A DNA stretch of 64,000 nt. It comes from a virus. Lineage: Duplodnaviria > Heunggongvirae > Uroviricota > Caudoviricetes. Below the pieces are notes generated by a model. The model was not told the origin of the DNA. It saw only the letters and a program-made list of their open reading frames with translations, and ran no database searches. The position numbers were made by a program, and so were the translations under genes. The stretch spans positions 271,223-335,222 of IMG/VR virus record IMGVR_UViG_3300000976_000008. The stretch is one strand, 5' to 3'. Numbering within the stretch: the first letter of the stretch is position 1; the number at the start of each line of letters is the position of its first letter. Shown one piece after another: positions 1 to 10,545 of this stretch.

Positions 1-457
1 TTTTTGAGGCGATCGGGAGACATTTGGAATCTGAAGATCTTCGAGAAATTATCGTCGATGAATCTTGAGTGAACTGGGCTTGCTCGGCACGTTTCAACAA
101 ACTCCTGAATCCCAGCTTCAGGGTTTTCATCGGCGATGACTTTTGCGTGTTCAACAATATCGTTGAAACCAGGATTCCTGTTAAAGACTCTGGCAACTCC
201 GTACAGAATCGAGTTTGGGAATTGGGGATGGCAATATTCGTGAATCTCCCCATTCACTAGAACGTGATCATTCAGAAGTTGAAGGCTGATTAAGAGCCTT
301 TGATGCTTCTCGCCATCATGATCAGGCACTTCTCTAGAGACATTGACAAATGTATGACAATCATCGTCATCATGCGTGTCTTGCTCGACAATCTCGATTA
401 TGCACCAAGTCGCAAGGAATTCTCCGAGGCCAACTCTCAGAACCTCAGCAAGATTTG

Positions 458-850
458 CTATGAATTCTTTATCCATCTATCCAGCCCCAATTTCGATAAT
501 TCGCGTATGCATGTTGCGAACAAGTTGGGGTCTGATAATTCATGCTTTTTAGAAGTTTTCTCTTCAGCATCCATTATGGATATATTACCATTTTGGATGA
601 TGGCAAAAGCTAACGGCATGACTTGAGAGGCTATTACCAACAATACCCTACGGTGTGTATTAGAGGCATTCCTAGTAATACCATCTGGCACATAAATTTG
701 GATTTGTGCCTTATTATCAGTGACTTCTAAAATTTCTTTGCCCAGCTCTACAGCAATTTGGGCATTCATGAAGTCATAAGGTGCGTTTATATCACCTAGC
801 TCTAGTCCGTTGGCAAACCACCTATATTGAACATTTGAGAATCGTGACAC
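458..850 (-). CDS. hypothetical protein, paralog family A (x-S-D-P-x-F motif)
   Basis: ORF in minus-strand gene run; C-terminal HELSDPNLF followed by a helix, shared with about 11 other ORFs. Confidence 0.7.
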   Translation of the reverse strand: MSRFSNVQYRWFANGLELGDINAPYDFMNAQIAVELGKEILEVTDNKAQIQIYVPDGITRNASNTHRRVLLVIASQVMPLAFAIIQNGNISIMDAEEKTSKKHELSDPNLFATCIRELSKLGLDRWIKNS

Positions 851-852
851 TG

Positions 853-1668
853 TTACATCAACTTTGCTAAATACCTCTCGATGGCTATTTTTATCGCCTC
901 CCTGTCAATCATCGAGCAATCATTAAAATCGATCTTCCCACCACGTGGTCGCAAATTTGGGGTAATATAAAATTTATCTTTGCGTTTATTCAAGGCGTAG
1001 TATTCTGTCATTTCAAAATTGACTAGAATATTTACATTCTCACCATTAAGAGTCCTGCCGCCAATATTGAACCAGCAATCACTACCAGGTTCTTGAACAC
1101 CATCAACAACGACATCAAGTCGATCTGTGATGATTGCCAGAGATTCACACCAGCAAGTCTTTAGAAATTGCTGAATGACCACTCTCTCGGTGTCTGTTTC
1201 GTAATACAGTGACGACGAGAAAATAAGTGGCCTCAAATCATCTTTTGTTTTGAGTCTCTTAGAGCCTGCTTGTCCTTTCAGATCTCTGATCCATTGTGCC
1301 ACTTCATCGCTTGGGATGCTTTGCCATTTTGTTGGTTCTTTTCTATCGGTTTCTTCAAGCCAACCTTCCACATACATATAGCGAAAACCAGCATTCATGC
1401 TACAACCGAATCTCGCACCAAGCTTATATGTGCCTATGTCAGTGCGAAGAGTAGCTTTAACAGAATAACCAGAATCTGAATATCGACCCTGGGAGATCTT
1501 CAAGCGAACACCGCGTTTAGGATTACTCGCTGACCAATCATGGCCTCTACTTCTCTTAAAAAGGCACGCATCGGATGCTGTTATTTTGTATCCTTCTTCT
1601 TTCAAAATCTGCAAAAGATCGTTAGATCTTTCGTTTATCTTGATTAATTCAGGATCAGTTCTTGCCAT
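853..1668 (-). CDS. hypothetical protein, paralog family B (P-x-x-D-x-W-F motif)
   Basis: 271 aa ORF; EPGSDCWFNI...KIDFND...AIERYL resembles ORFs at 3633, 4108, 4961 and 34576. Confidence 0.75.
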   Translation of the reverse strand: MARTDPELIKINERSNDLLQILKEEGYKITASDACLFKRSRGHDWSASNPKRGVRLKISQGRYSDSGYSVKATLRTDIGTYKLGARFGCSMNAGFRYMYVEGWLEETDRKEPTKWQSIPSDEVAQWIRDLKGQAGSKRLKTKDDLRPLIFSSSLYYETDTERVVIQQFLKTCWCESLAIITDRLDVVVDGVQEPGSDCWFNIGGRTLNGENVNILVNFEMTEYYALNKRKDKFYITPNLRPRGGKIDFNDCSMIDREAIKIAIERYLAKLM

Positions 1669-2269
1669 TGCGGAAGCTCTCTAACATTTTTTTGGAATCT
1701 TTATTGCCTGATATGTTTAACCAGTTGTAATAAGATCCCCATTCATCTTCTGATCTAAAACGTCCTGGATATTCTGTTCCGTCAATTAACAAAACCCAAT
1801 GGGTCCATGGTGCCCATTGGTCAGGCACATGTGGAGCAAAATACTCAAGATACAAGTCAGCAGTCGCTCGATCTGCTTCATCTTCTAATTGTTTGACAAG
1901 TGCAGCAACAATGTCTTGCCCATGCTTGGTTATCGCTTCTGCCTTAGACATATTCATTCTGCCGCATTGAACAAGTGCTTGCATTCTGCGGCGATGGATA
2001 TAATTATGACAAGAGTGGCAAAGTGCGACAATTTCGACTAATTCGGCTCTTCCTGCAGCCCAATCGATTTTATATGATTCGTGGGCTTCTAACAGTTGGC
2101 GAAATTTTGCTCTATTTTGATGGATTCCGCAGCAGTGGCATTTTTTATCTTCTTTTGCATATGCCTCTCTTCTTTTCTCATCCCACCATTTTCTTCCCAT
2201 CACTGTCCGGGGGGCTAGGCCATGCAAAGGTGGAGGGATCATGGGGTGGAGAAGCAGTTCTGGTCTCAT
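1655..2269 (-). CDS. HNH-superfamily nuclease-like protein
   Basis: CHCCG...LEAHE...LCHSCHNYIH Zn/HNH pattern. Confidence 0.7.
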   Translation of the reverse strand: MRPELLLHPMIPPPLHGLAPRTVMGRKWWDEKRREAYAKEDKKCHCCGIHQNRAKFRQLLEAHESYKIDWAAGRAELVEIVALCHSCHNYIHRRRMQALVQCGRMNMSKAEAITKHGQDIVAALVKQLEDEADRATADLYLEYFAPHVPDQWAPWTHWVLLIDGTEYPGRFRSEDEWGSYYNWLNISGNKDSKKMLESFRNGKN

Positions 2270-2353
2270 GATAACACCCGCAATGGACTGTGCTTAATTC
2301 GCTTTCACAAATGTCACAATCGCCAGAATGAATATATAGGTCAAATTCGTCAA

Positions 2354-2740
2354 TCAGTCTGCCACAACCGTTGGGGCACCTGAATTTCTTTGTTTTTGTG
2401 CTGATCTCAGATGCTCCAAAATGTTTTCTACGAATTTTGGGTCTTTGATTTCGAAGATTGCTTCATTATCTTTTGTTGAAGTGTGCTTCGAAAAATAATC
2501 AGTAATCGTCGCAGTTTCACCAAGAACTTTGATCTTGTGTAGAACACAGTGATCTTTCCGCTTTTCTTCAAGTTCTTTGACGATTACGATAGATTGTTCT
2601 TCTTCGGCAGATCCAGGTGCGAAAACCTCAAGATTATAATCAAAAGCTTCATCCAAACTATGGAAAAGGCCAATTGCGATAGCAACATTGAGATTATTTG
2701 GATCAACTTGTTTTTTATCGGCCATCGAGGTATTCTCCAA
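2354..2740 (-). CDS. hypothetical protein, family A
   Basis: FEIKDPKFVENI motif. Confidence 0.65.
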   Translation of the reverse strand: MENTSMADKKQVDPNNLNVAIAIGLFHSLDEAFDYNLEVFAPGSAEEEQSIVIVKELEEKRKDHCVLHKIKVLGETATITDYFSKHTSTKDNEAIFEIKDPKFVENILEHLRSAQKQRNSGAPTVVAD

Positions 2741-3368
2741 CTATTTTCTCAACCATCTCCAAGAAACTTGGGTTATCATAAGGAACAACCACCGATTTTC
2801 TCCTAGGAGCCATGAACTCTATTGATATTTCAGAACCACCAGCAAAAACAGCAACATCCCGATCTTCATCACCATATCGACTACTGCAGATTATACTCAC
2901 ACAGAATGAATCGGTCGGGAGATCATGATTTGCAACTAATCCTATCAAATAAGGAGGATCGAACTTTCTCAAATACTCTGCAACTCCAAAACCGATTGCA
3001 CGTACTTCATTGGGAATTCTAGAGAAAGGAATCTTGGTTTTGCTAGCATCAGCTTGATGTTTGAGAATATCAGCGAGTTCAGAAAGACCCTTATTACGAA
3101 TCGAATCGCTGGAAAGATTCAAATCATATACAAAAACCTCATGGATAGTAACACCTGGGTCGTTGACAGGACTCTCTACGTCTTTAAATGCGAAGTACCT
3201 CGCAAAAACACGAGAACTATTTTGGACTTTGGAAGGCGTTTCAGTAACACCGATTGCCTCCGCACTGCTAATTCGAATCACTAATTCAACTTGCCCATCG
3301 ATCTCAGACATCCAATAAGGATGATGAGACCTTATACGCCTACCTAATGATTCGAGGATATAGCTCAT
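2715..3368 (-). CDS. hypothetical protein, family A
   Basis: PYDNPSFLEMV motif; ATGA overlap with the upstream gene. Confidence 0.7.
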   Translation of the reverse strand: MSYILESLGRRIRSHHPYWMSEIDGQVELVIRISSAEAIGVTETPSKVQNSSRVFARYFAFKDVESPVNDPGVTIHEVFVYDLNLSSDSIRNKGLSELADILKHQADASKTKIPFSRIPNEVRAIGFGVAEYLRKFDPPYLIGLVANHDLPTDSFCVSIICSSRYGDEDRDVAVFAGGSEISIEFMAPRRKSVVVPYDNPSFLEMVEKIVGEYLDGR

Positions 3369-3646
3369 ACTCGGCGAAGAATCCCAGTATCACACAAATC
3401 ACTCAGCATCTGTCGTTGCTGGATTTCAGCAGCCCTTTGGGGGTGTTTCTTCAAAATATGATCCGTGGCAGCTTTCAGATCATTGAGATCAATGAGATCG
3501 GAGCATTGCGGGCAAGCTTTTACGAAGGGACTTGGACTAGAGCCAACTAGAACACGACCTTCTTCCACAAGTTTGGCAACCTGTTCGTTTGAAAAATCTG
3601 GTGTCACACCATTTGGAATCATGTGTTCTCCATTAATCTTTTGCAA
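3365..3646 (-). CDS. small C2H2-like Zn-finger protein
   Basis: CPQC-x12-HILKKH. Confidence 0.6.
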   Translation of the reverse strand: MQKINGEHMIPNGVTPDFSNEQVAKLVEEGRVLVGSSPSPFVKACPQCSDLIDLNDLKAATDHILKKHPQRAAEIQQRQMLSDLCDTGILRRV

Positions 3647-4145
3647 GTTCTATATCTGGTGTTAAGTATGTCGTAATAGCAGCTTTTACTACCTCTAAAT
3701 CTAGAGTCGAAAAGCCTGACCAATCGTATGTTTCTTGAACCTTTGTGCCATTACCATGCACCCAAGCGATCAGTTCAGAGTACCCATCAGGATGCCTTAG
3801 ATAGAAATTTGATGGATTATTTCTATTGCTCTGCTCAGCACTAGCGACAGGCAAGTACAGATAATCTGAATTCACGATCAAAAAACGTGGTATTGAATGG
3901 TACTCACCGAATATGAGGAACCAAGGTTCATTGTCTGGACTATCTAAATTTCCCTCATCCAGATACCAATCATCCAATACACAAACTGGCCCAATAACTC
4001 TTGCCCAATCTAAATGATAATTGATCCTAGCCAACGGAGAATCATCGTCGACAAGAAGAGTGAACGTCGTACTTGCTCTGAATTCAATTGGTGGTGGGAA
4101 GGGCACTTTACAAATTCTTAAGGAAACGAGAAATAGCTCTTCCAA
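3633..4145 (-). CDS. hypothetical protein, family B
   Basis: SPDNEPWFLI...AAITTYL. Confidence 0.65.
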   Translation of the reverse strand: MEELFLVSLRICKVPFPPPIEFRASTTFTLLVDDDSPLARINYHLDWARVIGPVCVLDDWYLDEGNLDSPDNEPWFLIFGEYHSIPRFLIVNSDYLYLPVASAEQSNRNNPSNFYLRHPDGYSELIAWVHGNGTKVQETYDWSGFSTLDLEVVKAAITTYLTPDIELAKD

Positions 4146-4998
4146 ACAATTTGCCGTCTAGCTCAGTAGCGTCATTGTAATCAATTTTCGAGCTTCTTGG
4201 CTTAGCATCATCAATTTTATACCTCTTGCCGGATCTTTTGACGGGATAAAATTGTAATCGATTATCTGGACCTTCTTTCACAATAACCCGTGGATTCCCA
4301 TTGGCGGTTTTGACATCTATGTAAAACCAAGTATCACCATCCGGTTTGTAAATTTCTTCCTGGTTTATTGTAAGGTCATCATCGATTGTTGCAAAGCCTA
4401 GGACTTTTGCATTCCAAAACATGTTAATCATGGAGATGCTGCCATCTTCTTGCTCGAAGATGAATCCTGGTCCGATTTCTATTGGCGGGTAAAGATTTTC
4501 TCTAGATTTTTTAAGTCTATCTTTTGCTCCAACGTAATCACGCAGTTGTCTTATAACAGAAGCGATGTCCCTCTCATTCGGTTCTAACCAAGATGAGAAT
4601 TTGAACTTTTTATGTAATTTAATTTCTTTTTCGGTTATTTCACTAACGTCTACAACATGCGGAACTGCCCACCCAAGATACAATTGTTTTGGTTGTTTTC
4701 TGGGTGGGATGATCCAGGTATCACTACTGCTCTTAACAACAATTTTCATTGTTAAAGAGAATTCGCCGATCCGATGATCGTTTTGTATCTTCCCCCTGGC
4801 AAATGGTTTGTATGGGGGGCTGTAGCATTCTTCGATCGAAACCTTAACGCCTAAATCTTCATTTGTGAAAGTGACGTAGTTTTTTCTGTTTCGATTGATC
4901 CTTTGTTTGTATCCAAGGCTGCATAATTCTTGACAAATCTTCTCGGTTGTTGCTTGGATCTCAAACTCTGGATGAAAATTCGGATGTACCATTATCAC
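4108..4998 (-). CDS. hypothetical protein, family B
   Basis: KPDGDTWFYI...KIDYND...AISRFL. Confidence 0.75.
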   Translation of the reverse strand: MIMVHPNFHPEFEIQATTEKICQELCSLGYKQRINRNRKNYVTFTNEDLGVKVSIEECYSPPYKPFARGKIQNDHRIGEFSLTMKIVVKSSSDTWIIPPRKQPKQLYLGWAVPHVVDVSEITEKEIKLHKKFKFSSWLEPNERDIASVIRQLRDYVGAKDRLKKSRENLYPPIEIGPGFIFEQEDGSISMINMFWNAKVLGFATIDDDLTINQEEIYKPDGDTWFYIDVKTANGNPRVIVKEGPDNRLQFYPVKRSGKRYKIDDAKPRSSKIDYNDATELDGKLFGRAISRFLKNL

Positions 4999-5800
4999 TC
5001 ACATTTGAGGCATAATCCTCAATAATCTTCACAAACATCTCTTGATCTGAAGTACCAAGTAGATTCAAATCAACTGACTTCTTTGGCTGCATCTTGCCCG
5101 ATATTCTCATACTTCTACGACTCAAAGGATGAAAACACTCGCCATCAGTAATAATGTCGAACGAAGCTCCCATTGGGGATAAACAGTCGAAATGGAACCA
5201 AACTTCTTGGTCTGGTCGTTGAGCGAGACCCGGTATCGCTTTGTGATTATCTGATAAACCAACAGCACCAACTAGAATACATGATCGCACTTGGGACACT
5301 CTAGTCCATCTGTCCGCATCATCACGCATGTAATCATTTGTGTTGAAGAAAAAAGGCTGTGGGAGATCACTATCCACTGTTAAAATCTTATGCTTAGGGC
5401 AACCTCTAGCATTCCGTACAATTGAAAGGCAAGAAGGAGTAAAAAGAGGTTGCTTGTTTGCGAGACCACCAGACTGGGTTTTGATACGAACCTCCAGATG
5501 GATATGTGGGACATCAGCACAATGTCCACAATTCCTAGAGAAATAAGCATACTGCTGCTTTTTCTGATCTCTAGTCCTAGTGCATTTGAACCAACGAAGG
5601 AACACACCTTTCTCGTCATTCACGGCTGACTTCAAGTCGATGTCTTCACGCTTACGAGTTGCATTGGTACTACCAAGATCTTTATAGTAGATGTAGCTGA
5701 AAGGCTTTCTCGATTTGCCTATAACCCAACCATCATCTTCTTCAAGATATGCAACCAAGTCTTCATGTGTCAGAACATTCTTCATGTCTATATGTTTCAA
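4961..5800 (-). CDS. hypothetical protein, family B
   Basis: RPDQEVWFHF...IITDGECF. Confidence 0.7.
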   Translation of the reverse strand: MKHIDMKNVLTHEDLVAYLEEDDGWVIGKSRKPFSYIYYKDLGSTNATRKREDIDLKSAVNDEKGVFLRWFKCTRTRDQKKQQYAYFSRNCGHCADVPHIHLEVRIKTQSGGLANKQPLFTPSCLSIVRNARGCPKHKILTVDSDLPQPFFFNTNDYMRDDADRWTRVSQVRSCILVGAVGLSDNHKAIPGLAQRPDQEVWFHFDCLSPMGASFDIITDGECFHPLSRRSMRISGKMQPKKSVDLNLLGTSDQEMFVKIIEDYASNVSDNGTSEFSSRV

Positions 5801-5815
5801 GATTGACGTGATTTG

Positions 5816-6142
5816 TTAATCAGAAGTCTCAGCCTCAGCCTTAGTTTCTACCTTTTGAAAGACAGCGATCACATCAGCGACAGGAAGAATATACAATTGA
5901 TTATCTGAATCAAAATCGACGGGAATCATCCGAGATGGATTGATGAGAACTTTGTCATAGGCACGAATAGGAAGTTCTTCGTTGTTCTCGATATCTGGAG
6001 AAATCATAACGATTCTCCCGGTTAGATTCGGTTTCTTAGAACCCTCTGGAAGTGCAATCCCGCCAGCTGTTTTGGACTCGGCTTCGTCTTTCCTGAACAG
6101 AATTCTCCCCTGAAGAGGAATGATTTTATATTCTGAAACCAA
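5816..6142 (-). CDS. groES: co-chaperonin GroES/Cpn10
   Basis: IIPLQGRILF...ESKTAGGIALP mobile loop...DKVL...DVIAV. Confidence 0.9.
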   Translation of the reverse strand: MVSEYKIIPLQGRILFRKDEAESKTAGGIALPEGSKKPNLTGRIVMISPDIENNEELPIRAYDKVLINPSRMIPVDFDSDNQLYILPVADVIAVFQKVETKAEAETSD

Positions 6143-6160
6143 TTTTCTAACTCCTAGTCT

Positions 6161-6775
6161 CTAAGGCACAAAGTCTTTACCATCCAATACAATCGCTGAT
6201 CTAGTGCCATAATCCCTAGAGCGATCTTTAGAACGATTTTTATTGAAAGATGCCTCAATAATCTTACATATTATTGGTGCTAGCTTTTTTCCGCTCTCAG
6301 GAGAGCCTATCTCCACGGCATCTATGTGGAGCTTCGGAGCCTTTCCAGGACTTTTCTTGCCCCTGTTCTTGCGTCCCCGTGTTATGCGAACAATAGAAGT
6401 GATCTCGTAAACCACTTCAGAAGCATAATCATGGTCTAATTCGGTACCATACTTAAAATTAGGTGTATTCTGCCTGAAACCATTAGCAGCCCAATATCTC
6501 AACTTCAGTTTATCGCCAACAAGTAAGCATGAAATTATCCTAGGAGTTTCACCCTTTACATTGATTCTTATAGCAGCGTGCTGGAGATCATAATGGTGAT
6601 TATCAACAAAGAATGTGGTGAAAGATGTATGATTATCTAATGGATGTAAACCAATCATTAGTCCACCACTAAATGGCTTATCTCCTTTGAAGATAAATGG
6701 TTCAATCCTCCAACCTTTAGAATGATCTTTCAGATCCTGCACGAGATTTAAAACTGATGCAGCAAGCAGACTCAT
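6161..6775 (-). CDS. hypothetical protein (weak family A motif)
   Basis: 204 aa ORF, ATGA overlap; EIGSPES. Confidence 0.6.
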   Translation of the reverse strand: MSLLAASVLNLVQDLKDHSKGWRIEPFIFKGDKPFSGGLMIGLHPLDNHTSFTTFFVDNHHYDLQHAAIRINVKGETPRIISCLLVGDKLKLRYWAANGFRQNTPNFKYGTELDHDYASEVVYEITSIVRITRGRKNRGKKSPGKAPKLHIDAVEIGSPESGKKLAPIICKIIEASFNKNRSKDRSRDYGTRSAIVLDGKDFVP

Positions 6776-7254
6776 GATTCAGATTCGTCAAAAGTGCTTA
6801 ATATGACGGTGAGAAAGCCTTCTAACTTCTCAAAGAAGTTAGGTTCTGACAATTCATAGATGAACTTCATTACGTGATCGGGGAATATATTGTCTTCCAC
6901 ATTCTTGTAGAATATGACATCTAATGAACATGTCAGGTCCAAAACAGTCATCTTGGAAATAGAGAAAGAGCATTTCTTTCCGCGAACAGCCAAGACAGGC
7001 AGATACAGGCCACTGTCTGAAATCTTCTTGACTATCTTGTATCGGCATCTATCTTTCACATATTTAAGAATGTGATGTTTGACGCCGTTATAAACTTCAA
7101 GTAAACCCACAGGCACTGGATATGGCTTCAGTTTATTCTCTCTCCGTTTTCGATTCTTTTTCATTATCCTGGATAATCGAACAATTCTTCTCTGCTTCTT
7201 TTGGCTATTCGTTAGCCTCCTACCACTTCGATTACCCATAGCCATTTCCATCAT
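6772..7254 (-). CDS. hypothetical protein, family A, basic N-terminus
   Basis: YELSEPNFFEKL. Confidence 0.65.
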   Translation of the reverse strand: MMEMAMGNRSGRRLTNSQKKQRRIVRLSRIMKKNRKRRENKLKPYPVPVGLLEVYNGVKHHILKYVKDRCRYKIVKKISDSGLYLPVLAVRGKKCSFSISKMTVLDLTCSLDVIFYKNVEDNIFPDHVMKFIYELSEPNFFEKLEGFLTVILSTFDESES

Positions 7255-8460
7255 TCATTCAGCACAACCAAGTACATAATCGCAGAATTGATTGGCCATT
7301 ATCTTCAGTGCACGACTCTTATCTATTTTGCCACCCCAGGATACTTTGATAATTCTTTCCAACAATTCATCTGAAAAATATTCAGGAACTTGCTCAGAAG
7401 TTATCTTCTTCTTAATAAGTTGAAGACCGGCCTTTTGAAACCACCCAGTATACGCAGCCATTGGTTTAGTAAGTCTCAAATTATGATCTAATTTGAGAGA
7501 TCTTTGAGCCATTTCATCAGGCGTCAGAGCAAGATGGATATACGCTCTATTGCATTGTTCATATAGATGACTACCATGCTTCGCAGTCCAAGGATGGCAT
7601 CTGCAGAATATTTTTCCACCTGGGGAAAGTAGTTTCCGCAAGTTCTTGAGGACTTCGGACGGATCTTCTGTTTCTAAATGATCAAGAACATCATATAGTA
7701 TTATGTAATCATATGGACCATTTGAGATCAGTTCATTCGGATCGGTGGTCAATTTCAGATTGTCTAATCTTGGGTCGACCCAAGATTTGTGAATATCGAA
7801 ACCGACAACTTTGGCCGCTTTAGTAGCCATTTCTGCAGATACATGACCTTCATAACATCCATAATCAAGAACATTGGAACCATTCAAATTGAATCCAAAT
7901 GTTTGTTCGATAATGCCTACTACATGTATTGCTCTGAATTGTTTCTCAGAATCGTCTGCATCTGCTGGAGTGATAAGATGCGGCTCAATTGCTAGAGGCC
8001 AATTTGCATCATCAACATTAGGAGTGTCACCTAGTTCAGATGCCGGTAGGCTAACTGCTGAAAGACCCCGGTTCTTTTGCGGAGCAGAAGGAGAAGCTGC
8101 CGTCGTCGAGGATGCTTTCGTAGGTTGGGATGTGCTTGACGATATGTTCGATGTTCGAGAGGTATTGCTTTTCCTCGAAGATGTAGTCGTCTTTCCACTG
8201 GACATGTCTTGGATCAAGGATCTGAGGGTCCCGCAGGTTCCTTCGATCCTGTCGATAGCTTCTAGGACCAGTGCTGTCTTTTCTTCGTTGGTTAGCATCT
8301 TCTTGTATACCTTCTGCTGACATACATGATCAATACCACGACTATCAAAGTGTTCAGCACACCGTTGAATATCTGTTGGATCAGTGATCAGTTTAGGGAG
8401 TGGGTGCGACTCTACGATCATGCCAGCGAGCAATTGTGCAAAAATTGAAAGCAAAACCAA
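7255..8460 (-). CDS. class I SAM-dependent methyltransferase with Ser/Thr-rich linker (true start probably near 8300)
   Basis: VLDYGCYEG motif I, YDYIILYDVLDHL, LSPGG; paralog of 49131..49952. Confidence 0.85.
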   Translation of the reverse strand: MVLLSIFAQLLAGMIVESHPLPKLITDPTDIQRCAEHFDSRGIDHVCQQKVYKKMLTNEEKTALVLEAIDRIEGTCGTLRSLIQDMSSGKTTTSSRKSNTSRTSNISSSTSQPTKASSTTAASPSAPQKNRGLSAVSLPASELGDTPNVDDANWPLAIEPHLITPADADDSEKQFRAIHVVGIIEQTFGFNLNGSNVLDYGCYEGHVSAEMATKAAKVVGFDIHKSWVDPRLDNLKLTTDPNELISNGPYDYIILYDVLDHLETEDPSEVLKNLRKLLSPGGKIFCRCHPWTAKHGSHLYEQCNRAYIHLALTPDEMAQRSLKLDHNLRLTKPMAAYTGWFQKAGLQLIKKKITSEQVPEYFSDELLERIIKVSWGGKIDKSRALKIMANQFCDYVLGCAE

Positions 8461-8675
8461 CTCTGAAATGTGCTACAGGCACGCCATCATCAGTAAGATT
8501 GACATCTACAATACAATCGGCAAGATCCATTTCAAATACTGGTGGAACTTCGAATCTTCAAGAGAATACTTTTTCTTGAAACAGTTGATATCAATGATTG
8601 AGTGATTCTCAGTCTGTATCTCTTGCAAGATCGATGAGAGTGTAGGTCGGTCGTGATTACCTGGAAGATGAGTCA

Positions 8676-9179
8676 TTAGTGTGTTCCTATTTTACCTTTA
8701 CATTCGGTAAATTCGTTTATAGTGTTTTTGACTTTTTCAGCTAAAACTTTGGTGCAATTATTGATATCTAGTGCACAATAGACGCCTTCGCAAATTACTC
8801 TAGCATTGTAGGGTTTCCATATATGGCGAGAATCAGCCCCATAAGAGACTTGACATTTGATATGCGGGATGCCGTCGTATTTTTGAGCAAACTCGAAGCT
8901 ACAATCATTTGTTTCACTTCGTATACAAAGACTAACTTCTAGCTTTATATATTTTTTAGGTTTTTGTGCTTTATACCGCTTTAATCCTAACAGAGCATCC
9001 AAACTACCATTAGTATTGGCCATGAAGATTGTGACCAAGCCGTTTGACGGAGTAATACCACCTTTGGTCACTTTGAATCTGTCAGGTCCAGTTGCAAAAA
9101 TCGCTTCCAAATCCTCAACAAGTAAATCAGTTACGGCCCTTGAGAGTTCAGGATCATTTATTCGGTATGGCGGAGTCAT
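8676..9179 (-). CDS. hypothetical protein
   Basis: 167 aa ORF in gene run. Confidence 0.6.
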   Translation of the reverse strand: MTPPYRINDPELSRAVTDLLVEDLEAIFATGPDRFKVTKGGITPSNGLVTIFMANTNGSLDALLGLKRYKAQKPKKYIKLEVSLCIRSETNDCSFEFAQKYDGIPHIKCQVSYGADSRHIWKPYNARVICEGVYCALDINNCTKVLAEKVKNTINEFTECKGKIGTH

Positions 9180-9510
9180 TTATGAATTCTGCTGTTTTAA
9201 CCAAATCTTCTTTCAATACACCTGTCATGGTGCATATTACAAGCAAGGCATCATCAGTTAACAGAGTCCAAACTTTATCTTCCCAAATCACGTAGGTTTT
9301 GTAATTTTCTTTGGCCAGTACACTGATGCTGATGAATTCTGAATCTGGTTCCTGAATTTCACCATCGACGAATTCAACTATTGCGTATTTTGAACCGCCA
9401 GAATTTATTCTTCTACTTCGAACAACTTTGTAGAGTTTAGTATTTGTGAAAGTTTCTAGATCGAAATCCAGAGAATTTACAGGTTTTTCTTCGCATATAC
9501 CGATGATCAT
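9154..9510 (-). CDS. hypothetical protein (weak family B)
   Basis: IQEPDSEFISI. Confidence 0.55.
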   Translation of the reverse strand: MIIGICEEKPVNSLDFDLETFTNTKLYKVVRSRRINSGGSKYAIVEFVDGEIQEPDSEFISISVLAKENYKTYVIWEDKVWTLLTDDALLVICTMTGVLKEDLVKTAEFINDSAIPNK

Positions 9511-9735
9511 TGAGAATTACTCATTTCTATATGTAAAATACACTGAGTATTATCTGTCTGGACAGACCACCTCCTGTTCTTGGAATGTGGTTGAAACAAT
9601 CGAAGGATTGTTCCGCGACCGGAAGAACGGTCGTCTTGCACGAGCAACAAGCTCTACACTATTTTAACAATCAGACGAGGGTTCTAGGAATACTAGCCCA
9701 CATTAACAACGACGTTCTTCTAGCAACAAAAGAGC

Positions 9736-10545
9736 ATGGCAAGTAATCTACCATTATGGGATGATGAATGGCATGACAGGGTTAATCCTGTCATGCGAAC
9801 CGTTTGCGGTGCATATAATCTCAGACCGAGAAATTTGCGAACTTTTCAGAGATCTTATAGCATTTTCTTTCACGGTCATCAAATTATTGTTGACGGAAAT
9901 GGTCTGAAAGATGCAAACCCATATATGGAAGTATCTTACTTAGGATTCACAAATCCAAGGGGTGGTAGTGGGATTGGTGGAATAAGACATAATGAAGTAG
10001 ATTTCCAGAATTTCAAAGTAAATGACAAGTACAAATTCGAAGTCAGTGATCCAAATGGGATCATAGGACTCGACGATTTTTTCGCAAAGTGGCATATACC
10101 AATTCTGTATTATACAGAATATGAGGGTCGAAAAGACCATCCAAATCATGTAGAATTGCAAGACCTTCACAAATCAAGAGAATATGCTGCAAGTCTCGCC
10201 ATCCATTACAAAGACGTCTTCGTCCGACCAGCCTCTTATACAGAGATAAGAAAAGTAGCGATGGGTTGCTTAGCTATTTGGGCAGATGCTCAAATAGAAC
10301 AATACGGCTGCTGGCGACGATGCCACTTAATAGGTGGATTGGGTTCGAGAATCCAGCAGAACATCTCCAGCGATATCTGGAATGGCGGATTTAAGACTGT
10401 AATCCAATTTATGCGAGCGTTCTTATCCGACGACAATAAGACGGGATACAAGGACTCACGACCCGCTGATTACAAAGAATTGGGTTATAGAAAACCCAAA
10501 TTCGAAAACATCCCTGATCAATATATCGAACTCTTCCAGGACTAA
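9736..10545 (+). CDS. hypothetical protein, family A domain
   Basis: 269 aa ORF, divergent orientation; FEVSDPNG. Confidence 0.75.
   Translation: MASNLPLWDDEWHDRVNPVMRTVCGAYNLRPRNLRTFQRSYSIFFHGHQIIVDGNGLKDANPYMEVSYLGFTNPRGGSGIGGIRHNEVDFQNFKVNDKYKFEVSDPNGIIGLDDFFAKWHIPILYYTEYEGRKDHPNHVELQDLHKSREYAASLAIHYKDVFVRPASYTEIRKVAMGCLAIWADAQIEQYGCWRRCHLIGGLGSRIQQNISSDIWNGGFKTVIQFMRAFLSDDNKTGYKDSRPADYKELGYRKPKFENIPDQYIELFQD

Noticed and set aside
69-626. Plus-strand ORFs 69..260 and 300..626, and most short antisense ORFs in the track
   Set aside because: They overlap better-supported opposite-strand genes or lack an SD and recognisable motifs.
8460-8676. TAG readthrough extending the methyltransferase N-terminus
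   Set aside because: It needs two TAG readthroughs, no CUA tRNA is seen, and small overlapping ORFs explain the region equally well.
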